From Minisyncoccota bacterium (GTDB lineage Bacteria > Patescibacteriota > Minisyncoccia > Phycocordibacterales > UBA1550): 64,000 nt of DNA. Numbering within the stretch: position 1 is the first letter of the stretch; every line of letters starts with the position of its first letter. The position numbers were made by a program, and so were the translations under genes. Of this stretch, positions 57,389-64,000 are shown piece by piece. The notes under the pieces were generated by a model. That model saw only the letters and a list, made by a program, of their open reading frames with translations, was not told where the DNA came from and ran no database searches. The DNA lies in assembly GCA_041660105.1 (NCBI GenBank), contig JBAZWZ010000002.1, positions 57,964-121,963 of the forward strand. The letters run 5' to 3'.

Positions 57389-58090
57389 CTATTTCTGCCA
57401 CCCCTTCTTCTTGAGCCCATCCGCGGCGGCATTTTGCTCTGCGTCTTGCTTTGACTTACCCATCCCTGTCCCCACAAGCTCTTTCTCGAGATACACACCC
57501 ACGGTGAAATCCTTATCATGGTCGGGACCCTCTTCCTTAAGCACTTCGTACGATGGTGTGATGCCAACATGCTCTTGTGCCTCTTCTTGAAAAAAACTCT
57601 TTGGGTCACGCCAGAGTTCTTTGTTTACAATTTCATCTGTCTTGCCAAGGAGATGTGTCTTCAAAAATGTATCCGCTGCATCGTATCCCAAGTCGAGATA
57701 AATAGCTCCCACGAGCGCCTCAAATGCGTTCGCGATAATTATTTGTCTCGCCTTTGTGCCCCTGTCCTTCGCCTCGCCTTTTGACATCAGAAGATACTCC
57801 TCCATACCGAGATCAATGCCGAGATTGCCAAGTGTCACTGCGTTTACGAGCGCAGCGCGATAGCTTGTGAGGTCTCCTTCGTTTGACTTTGGATATTTCT
57901 TGTACAAGTAATCAGTTACCGCGAGCTCAACAACGGCGTCACCAAGGAACTCGAGGCGCTCATTGTGATCGAGTCCACGCTCGCGTGTCTCGTTGATATA
58001 CGAGCGATGCGTAAAAGCCTCACGGAGAACCGCCTTGTCGCGAAAGATAACGCCTATGCGTTCTTCGAATGGTAAAAATTTTTCTTTCAT
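57389..58090 (-). CDS. rnc: ribonuclease III
   Basis: ERLEFLGDAV catalytic signature and a C-terminal dsRBD. Confidence 0.85.
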   Translation of the reverse strand: MKEKFLPFEERIGVIFRDKAVLREAFTHRSYINETRERGLDHNERLEFLGDAVVELAVTDYLYKKYPKSNEGDLTSYRAALVNAVTLGNLGIDLGMEEYLLMSKGEAKDRGTKARQIIIANAFEALVGAIYLDLGYDAADTFLKTHLLGKTDEIVNKELWRDPKSFFQEEAQEHVGITPSYEVLKEEGPDHDKDFTVGVYLEKELVGTGMGKSKQDAEQNAAADGLKKKGWQK

Positions 58091-58164
58091 AAAAATTAAG
58101 CTGGTATATCCTGGATTGCTTCGCTGCGCTCGCAAAGACAATCACCGTGATTGTTAGTTAAAGG

Positions 58165-59070
58165 TTATTTCTTGAGTAATATATTTACTGCCTTCGTAAT
58201 CACCGGCAACATATCATCATACATATTGAGGTCAATGATTTCTGCGAGCTTGAACCACTTTGCATCATCGAGTCCACCTTTCTTAAGAAGCTGAATATCC
58301 TGATACGGTGCCTCAGCAAGGAAATAACTCACATGCTTTCGCATCTTACCCTTCTCTGGGTGTGATGCAACGTATTCATTTTCACCGAGAAGCTCACCAA
58401 TAGTTACGGGCAAACCAACTTCTTCCATAACGATACGTGGAAGTGCCTGCTCGTCAGTCTCACCTTCTACATAGTGCCCTTTCGAGAGCGTCCAGTGACC
58501 AAATATGTCATGCACAAGTCCGAGATAGACATCCTGACCATCACGCGCGTAAATCACCGCACCGCCAAGCTTGTCGAGAGGAAGAGTCTTTGGGTCCACC
58601 GGAGCGTGAGGAACTTTCTTCTTGCTCGTCTCATCTTTACCAGGCTCACCAAGCTCCTTATACACCGCGCCGAGTACGCCGTTGATAAACTTACCACTTG
58701 TCTCACCGCCGTATGTCTTCGCAAGCTCGATAGCTTCATTGATAGCCACCTTCGCCGGCACTTGAGTACGGTCTTCGAAAAGTAATTCGTAAAGTCCGAT
58801 GCGGAGGATATTGCGGTCTACAAGTGCAATCTTGGCAATAGGCCAATCTGGGGCAGCCTTTACAATAATGTCGTCAAGCGTAGTCTTCTTGTTGAGGATA
58901 CCCAAAAGAAGCTTTCGCATAAACGAGATGTCATTCACCCCAGGGGCAAACTCCTCTGCGTTGCGTACGAGAGCCTGCTCAATCTCAAGATCGGTAAGTG
59001 CTCCACCGCGGAAATCCCACTCGTAGAGAACCTGCATAACGATACTTCTTGAAAGGTGTCTGTTTGCCAT
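58165..59070 (-). CDS. NusB-like N-terminal domain fused to a C-terminal NUDIX hydrolase domain
   Basis: N-terminal about 145 aa (RSIVMQVLYEWDF...FINGVLGAVYKEL) is NusB-like. The C-terminus carries the Nudix box GHWTLSKGHYVEGETDEQALPRIVMEEVGL. Confidence 0.75.
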   Translation of the reverse strand: MANRHLSRSIVMQVLYEWDFRGGALTDLEIEQALVRNAEEFAPGVNDISFMRKLLLGILNKKTTLDDIIVKAAPDWPIAKIALVDRNILRIGLYELLFEDRTQVPAKVAINEAIELAKTYGGETSGKFINGVLGAVYKELGEPGKDETSKKKVPHAPVDPKTLPLDKLGGAVIYARDGQDVYLGLVHDIFGHWTLSKGHYVEGETDEQALPRIVMEEVGLPVTIGELLGENEYVASHPEKGKMRKHVSYFLAEAPYQDIQLLKKGGLDDAKWFKLAEIIDLNMYDDMLPVITKAVNILLKK

Positions 59071-59156
59071 ATGATTAAATGTACTTATCCTTATAGTATA
59101 CGCATAAGGAGCAAAAAAGAAAAGCGGTTAGGCTTTACCTTACCGCTTTTGCTTGA

Positions 59157-59375
59157 TTATTTCTTCTTTGCTGCGACACGCTTCTCTGTCTTCGCAATAG
59201 TTTTTACCAATTTGAGGACTGCCTTACCACGATACGTACCGCAAGCGGCACAAACCTGATGGCGAAGGTGAAGAGCCTCGCACTTCACGCACTTTGAAAG
59301 GCGTGCGCCGTCAAGAGCGTGATGTGAACGGCGATTTGCCGTGTGTGCACGTGTGTGTCTCATTCGTACTACCAT
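59157..59375 (-). CDS. rpmF: 50S ribosomal protein L32
   Basis: MVVRMRHTRAHTANRRSHHAL...CxxC...CxxCG is the L32 zinc ribbon. Confidence 0.85.
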   Translation of the reverse strand: MVVRMRHTRAHTANRRSHHALDGARLSKCVKCEALHLRHQVCAACGTYRGKAVLKLVKTIAKTEKRVAAKKK

Positions 59376-59449
59376 AGTAGAGATACTCTAGCAAATCCCC
59401 CAGAAAAAATCAAGGGGCTGGTATTTCTACCAGCCCCTTTTGGGTTTTT

Positions 59450-59767
59450 CTACAGAATTCTTCGAAGCATACGGGTGTTATAAAGCTGGAAACGCCTGCC
59501 TTCAACACTGAGAACACCTTCCCTGATTGCCACTGCTATCACCTCATCCTCAATAAAACCAAGCCTGACTGCGGGGGCTCCACCATCTTCTGAGGGATGA
59601 TAGAACAGTGTGACACTGAAACCCTTGTCCTCCTTAAGGAAATGGAGGGTCTGATTCTTGTCCTCCACATCGACGAGGGCCTCCTTGATGCCATACCCCG
59701 GGTGCGCGGTTGCTGGAGCAGTGTTTGCCCTGGACACAGAGCGAAAACGTTCACTTTTATTCAACAT
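59450..59767 (-). CDS. hypothetical protein (105 aa) upstream of rpmF
   Basis: Position is analogous to the DUF177/YceD genes that often precede rpmF, but the sequence is not clearly recognisable. Confidence 0.35.
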   Translation of the reverse strand: MLNKSERFRSVSRANTAPATAHPGYGIKEALVDVEDKNQTLHFLKEDKGFSVTLFYHPSEDGGAPAVRLGFIEDEVIAVAIREGVLSVEGRRFQLYNTRMLRRIL

Positions 59768-59821
59768 TTACTTCCTTTCTATTGTGTACGTACTAAAACA
59801 AGTATACCACACAAACACGCT

Positions 59822-59953
59822 TTACACAAGACCCTTCAGAAAACTTTTGCGGTGATGCTTGGTGATGCCATTCTTTTTTATTGCTTCGTAGTGTGCGCGG
59901 GTACCGTAGCCTTTGTGTTTTTCAAAACCGTACGCAGGAAACTTTTTTGCAAA
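59822..59953 (-). pseudogene. duplicated 3'-terminal fragment of rnhB (about 42 codons plus stop)
   Basis: The nucleotide sequence is about 85% identical to 60942-61071. It translates to ...[43 protein letters not shown] against rnhB ...[44 protein letters not shown]. Confidence 0.65.
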
Positions 59954-60308
59954 TATGGAAAAGAAAAAGCGCCGTACCAAAAGGTCGTGCGCTCTTGTAT
60001 TTGATGCAGTTACTTGGGAATGTACGTAATTGTTACGTACATCGTGGCGTCGCTCGAAATTGAAGTGGCCACGGAAATGCATTCCTTAACATTCTCTGAA
60101 AGAAACTTTTCCACACCTTTCTCCATTTCATCAAATCTTCCCACAGTATGGCGTGGTTGAGTGAGACAGAACGAAAGCACTTTGCACTTAGGCATCACAT
60201 ACTCCTTAGTTGTGTATGTTCACGGCGACGTGCCAGTGACTCATATGAATTAACAGTAGCATTTTAGTATAATTTTGTCAAGTGCTACAAGACTTTTGCT
60301 ACAGAACT

Positions 60309-60929
60309 TTAAAAATTGCGCCCACAATTTTTTCTTGCTATCAAAACCTCAGCATTATTCACCATAGGAGTCCCGTCCGTACGATTTCGCAATGCACGGG
60401 AGTCCATCTTGTCATAGGCAATAATCTCCCAGTCATTATATATTTCTTTTAGTTCATTTGGTTTGGGATAAAAATTTTTTGTTGATGGATTCTCATTATA
60501 AAAATCTCCCTCTGCCGTAAGAACCGATACGACGTTGAAACCACCAGCCCTTGTTTTTTCTTTCATCTGTTCTATGACTTTTCTTGCAGCAAAATCAGTG
60601 ATGTGCTGAAAAACATAAGAAACTACAATAACATCATAACTCTGGATAACACCAATTTCGACTATGTCTGCAATATGTGAACGAACAACCAAGTTTCTCT
60701 TTTTAGCCTCTTTTTTAAACTTCTCAACTCCAACCCTAGAAAGATCAATGAGTGTAACTTGAAATCCAGCGTCTGCAAGAAAAAGTGCATTTCTCCCTTC
60801 TCCTCCACCTATGTCCAATACTTCGCCACTCTTAATTAACTCTGTAATTTTTTTTACAGCTTGCTGTGGTTTCCCTCCCCTAAAATCAATATTTGGGGTC
60901 GCATAAATTTCATCATATTTATTACTCAT
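60309..60929 (-). CDS. SAM-dependent methyltransferase, TehB-like
   Basis: VLDIGGGEGRNALFLADAGFQVTLIDLS (motif I) and overall similarity to tellurite methyltransferase TehB. It lies between the two rnhB 3' copies. Confidence 0.75.
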   Translation of the reverse strand: MSNKYDEIYATPNIDFRGGKPQQAVKKITELIKSGEVLDIGGGEGRNALFLADAGFQVTLIDLSRVGVEKFKKEAKKRNLVVRSHIADIVEIGVIQSYDVIVVSYVFQHITDFAARKVIEQMKEKTRAGGFNVVSVLTAEGDFYNENPSTKNFYPKPNELKEIYNDWEIIAYDKMDSRALRNRTDGTPMVNNAEVLIARKNCGRNF

Positions 60930-60933
60930 CTGT

Positions 60934-61542
60934 TTATTCTACCACACCCTTCAAAAAACTTTTCCTGTGATGCTTGGTTATGCCGTTCTTTTTGATAGCT
61001 TCGTAGTGCGCTCGGGTGCCGTAACCTTTGTGCTTTTCAAAACCGTGCTCAGGGAACTTTTTTGCAAGAAGTGTCATACGAGCATCGCGCGCGACTTTTG
61101 CCACTATTGAAGCAAGGGCAATAGCAAGCTCCTTTTCGTCGCCCTTTATAATAGTTTCTTGATTCTTGTAATGCTCTGGTGCATAGAGCGAACCATCAAG
61201 AAGAACTTTTGCCTCATCGACATTGTGCTCGATTGCTTCGAGTGAAGCAATCATCGCCGTGCGAATAGCAGACGAAAGTCCCCTTTTATCAATCACGCTC
61301 GGCGCAACAAAAGAAACTGCGCACGAGAGATATCCGAGAGACTCAGCTTCTTTGATTTTGAGTAACCATTCTTCCCTCTTTTTGGGGGTGAGTTTTTTTG
61401 AGTCTTTTATAATAGGAAAAAGTTTTTCAACCTTCTTTTTGTGTTCAGCATAAATACACACAGCGCCGACAGCGACCGGCCCAGCAAGAGGTCCACGACC
61501 AACCTCATCGACACCAATTATGTATTTATACTTCTTCTTCAT
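60934..61542 (-). CDS. rnhB: ribonuclease HII
   Basis: IIGVDEVGRGPLAGPVAVGAV catalytic DEDD motif region, 202 aa. Confidence 0.9.
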   Translation of the reverse strand: MKKKYKYIIGVDEVGRGPLAGPVAVGAVCIYAEHKKKVEKLFPIIKDSKKLTPKKREEWLLKIKEAESLGYLSCAVSFVAPSVIDKRGLSSAIRTAMIASLEAIEHNVDEAKVLLDGSLYAPEHYKNQETIIKGDEKELAIALASIVAKVARDARMTLLAKKFPEHGFEKHKGYGTRAHYEAIKKNGITKHHRKSFLKGVVE

Positions 61543-61577
61543 ATTTCATAACTCTATAGTATCTAACAGTAAAAAAC

Positions 61578-61611
61578 AAAGCCCCTTGCGCTTTACAGCA
61601 CAAGGGGCTTT
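61578..61611 (-). terminator. terminator AAGCCCCTTG...CAAGGGGCTT with flanking A/T runs
   Basis: Lies between the stop of the 61621 gene and the rnhB start. Confidence 0.55.
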
Positions 61612-61620
61612 TCGTTGATG

Positions 61621-62106
61621 TTACCTTCGGCGCATTTTCTCCATTTCGGAAAGTTGTTTGTCGATTTGTTTATCAACTTTATTCATATCGACATCACGCA
61701 CAGGAATTACGCTGAGACATCGGATAAGGCCATTGTTGTGGACCCCAACGTCCTTCTTCATAATCTCCGCGATTTTCATAGAACGATATCGGGAGAAATG
61801 CCAAGTTGCTAAACAAAGACAGATCAAAACAGCAAAAGAAAATTTTGGAAATCCTAAAGTTGCAAGGACAAGACTTGCAATCATTGCCATTATCGCAATC
61901 ACCGCTTGGCAAATATGCGCATTTCGCATATCCCTCATCATGCTTCTCCGAAATGGCTCTTGCTCGTGAAGTTCTTTAACGTTTTTGGGCAATCGCTGGG
62001 CTATCAACGATTTTGCGCTATTCTGCTTAAATCCTTCAAACAGCAAATATAGACAGATTGTAACCAGCAAAATTGTCCCCAAAACCAAATGTAGGTTGGT
62101 CATCAT
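61621..62106 (-). CDS. hypothetical membrane protein (161 aa)
   Basis: Three hydrophobic helices. It is divergent from dnaE, and the shared upstream region carries copy 3 of the palindromic element. Confidence 0.5.
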   Translation of the reverse strand: MMTNLHLVLGTILLVTICLYLLFEGFKQNSAKSLIAQRLPKNVKELHEQEPFRRSMMRDMRNAHICQAVIAIMAMIASLVLATLGFPKFSFAVLICLCLATWHFSRYRSMKIAEIMKKDVGVHNNGLIRCLSVIPVRDVDMNKVDKQIDKQLSEMEKMRRR

Positions 62107-62184
62107 TTTCTCCTTTGTAATGAACTATATTTCATTCTATCTAAAAAGAACAATACTTCATTTTGGTGATTATGTCAAAAATTT

Positions 62185-62240
62185 CGAATCAGCTGACGGG
62201 TCACCAGAGCCGTGTCATGGGCACGTGTCTTGGACATAAA
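62185..62240 (+). promoter_or_regulatory. copy 3 of the palindromic element (CGAATCAGCTGAC ... CACGTGTCTTGGACATAAAC) in the dnaE promoter region
   Basis: TTGGACA is followed after 17 nt by TATACT at 62254-62259, and the dnaE ATG is 8 nt further on. The half-palindrome CGAATCAGCTGA is retained. Confidence 0.55.
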
Positions 62241-62267
62241 CCTTCATCAGCGATATACTGTCACTGT

Positions 62268-64000
62268 TATGACCATCGAGAAACAGCAATTTGTGCATCT
62301 TCACACACACTCTCACTACTCTCTCCTTGATGGACTCTCAAAAATTGATGAGATGATTGCACTCGCAAAAGAGCGTGGTATGAAAGCCATCGGTCTCACC
62401 GATCACGGCAACATGTACGGTGCGATTGAGTTCTATAAGAAGTGTAAAGCAGCAGGCATCAAACCAATCCTCGGCGTAGAAGCATACGTGACTGCAGGCT
62501 CACGACTCGATAAGCGCCCAGGTATCGACAACGAACGCTTCCACCTCACCCTTCTCGCAAAGAACGCACAAGGTTACAAAAACTTGATGCGCCTCGTGAC
62601 CATCTCAAACCTCGAAGGCTACTACTACAAGCCACGCATGGACAAAGAAGTGCTCCGCAAATACAGTGAAGGGGTTATTTGTTTGTCAGGATGCTTCGGA
62701 GGAGAGTTTTCTCGTGCTATTCGTCGAGGTGACCTCGAAGGGGCGGAAGCTATCGCACGTGAACATCAAGACATCTTTGGGAAAGAAAATTATTTTCTTG
62801 AAATCATGCATCACCCTGGTGTTGAAAATATTGAAGAGGTGCGCAAAGAAATCATCCGCCTCAGCAAGAAGCTCGACATCCCCCTCGTCGCCACACAGGA
62901 CTCGCACTATCTCCATGTCGAAGACCAAGATGCGCACGAAACACTTCTCGCCATCCAAACCAACGGCGACCTCAACGATGAAAATCGTTTCTCAATGAAG
63001 ACAGATCTCTTCAGCTTCATCGACGAAGAGACAGCGCTCAAAAACTTTGCATCAACTCCTGAAGCAGTGTGGAACACGGGCAAAATCGCTGATATGTGTG
63101 ATATCGAGCTCACACTAGGAAAATTTATTTTTCCAAATTTCACCATCCCTGAAGATACGACTTACGACTCTGAGCTTCGCCGACTTTGTTTTGAAGGACT
63201 TCCCCGTCGCAAACTCGAGGGAGACGAAAAGGTAATTGAGCGACTTGAGTACGAACTCTCGGTGATCAAGATGAAGGGGTACGCGGTGTACTTCCTCGTT
63301 GTGGAAGATCTCATTCGTTTCGCGAAGGAGAATAAAATCCTTGCGAACATTCGAGGGTCCGTCGCAGGCTCGATGACTACGTATCTCCTCGGGATTACGG
63401 CGGTAAACCCACTTGAATACAAGATTCCTTTTGAGCGCTTCTTGAACCCTGAGCGTCCCTCTGCTCCCGATATTGATATGGACTTTGCCGACAACCGTCG
63501 CGACGAAGTTATTGAATATTCACGCAAAAAATACGGAGACGATCACGTGGCGCAAATCGGTACATTTGGGACAATGATGGCGCGCGGTGCCGTGCGTGAC
63601 GTTGCGCGCGCGCTCGGTCACCCGTATGCTATCGGCGACAGGATTTCTCGTCTCATTCCCGAAGGCTCACAGGGTTTCCCGATGACGATCGACACTGCAC
63701 TCGAAATGGTCGACGAGCTCGCTGAACTTTACAAAAAAGACGCTGACACAAAACAGATAATTGACCTCGCAAAAAAACTCGAAGGTTGTGTGCGTCACAT
63801 TTCTGTCCATGCTGCGGGAGTCGTCATCTCCCCACTCCCCCTTTATGAATACGCGCCACTACAGTTTGACCCCAAGGGTGGAAAAATAATCACACAGTAC
63901 GATATGTACTCTGTCGGCGAAGACGGCGTCGGGCTCACCAAGTTCGACTTCCTTGGTATCCGCAATCTTTCAATATTGAGTAACGCAGTTGAGCTCGTGG
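62268..64000 (+). CDS. dnaE: DNA polymerase III alpha subunit (5' part; continues beyond window)
   Basis: MTIEKQQFVHLHTHSHYSLLDGLSKIDEMIALAKERGMKAIGLTDHGNMYG is the DnaE PHP-domain N-terminus. The ORF runs open to the window end, so the track omits it. Confidence 0.9.

Overview
Gene-dense bacterial chromosomal window, mostly transcribed on the minus strand. From gene content alone (short AspRS and SMC, FeS-free MutY-like protein, many small membrane proteins, very compact operons) I infer a small-genome, CPR/Patescibacteria-like lineage; this is inference only. Housekeeping core: S41 protease (partial), rplI, rpmA, glmS, mutY-like and nth, then a long minus-strand block of gltX-murG-ftsW-mraY-dacA-like-scpB-scpA-aspS-trpS. 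This is followed by two tandem 7TM histidine kinases, an SDR reductase and dnaJ-dnaK-grpE. The ribosomal/RNA-polymerase alpha cluster is infA-rpmJ-rpsM-rpsK-rpsD-rpoA-rplQ-rplM-rpsI (rpmJ is absent from the ORF track). Further genes are rpsP, tlyA, rnr, gmk, a RelE/antitoxin pair, smc, rnc, a NusB-NUDIX fusion, rpmF, rnhB and the 5' part of dnaE. I found no rRNA, tRNA or CRISPR array. Accessory or unusual content: (i) a PHP phosphoesterase, DEDD exonuclease and ClpP-like gene cluster in which the ClpP-like ORF is broken by a -1 frameshift in a G7 homopolymer and which is preceded by a perfect 23-bp palindrome; (ii) an island at about 29.8-34.6 kb with a NYN nuclease, a class-II-like Fic protein flanked by 85-bp hairpin direct repeats, an unknown 240-aa protein flanked by 40-bp direct repeats, a membrane-anchored trypsin-like protease and a membrane protein; (iii) a 1565-aa beta-helix/HEXXH surface protein followed by two paralogous small membrane proteins and preceded by a 22-bp inverted repeat; (iv) two families of short intergenic repeats, a CGAATCAGCTGATTCG palindrome plus TTGGACATAAAC module in three copies (one directly upstream of dnaE), and ACAACTGAC / GTCAAATGTTCCCC modular palindromic elements at gene ends; (v) a duplicated rnhB 3' end flanking a TehB-like methyltransferase insert. 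All of this is read by eye from the sequence; no database search was run.
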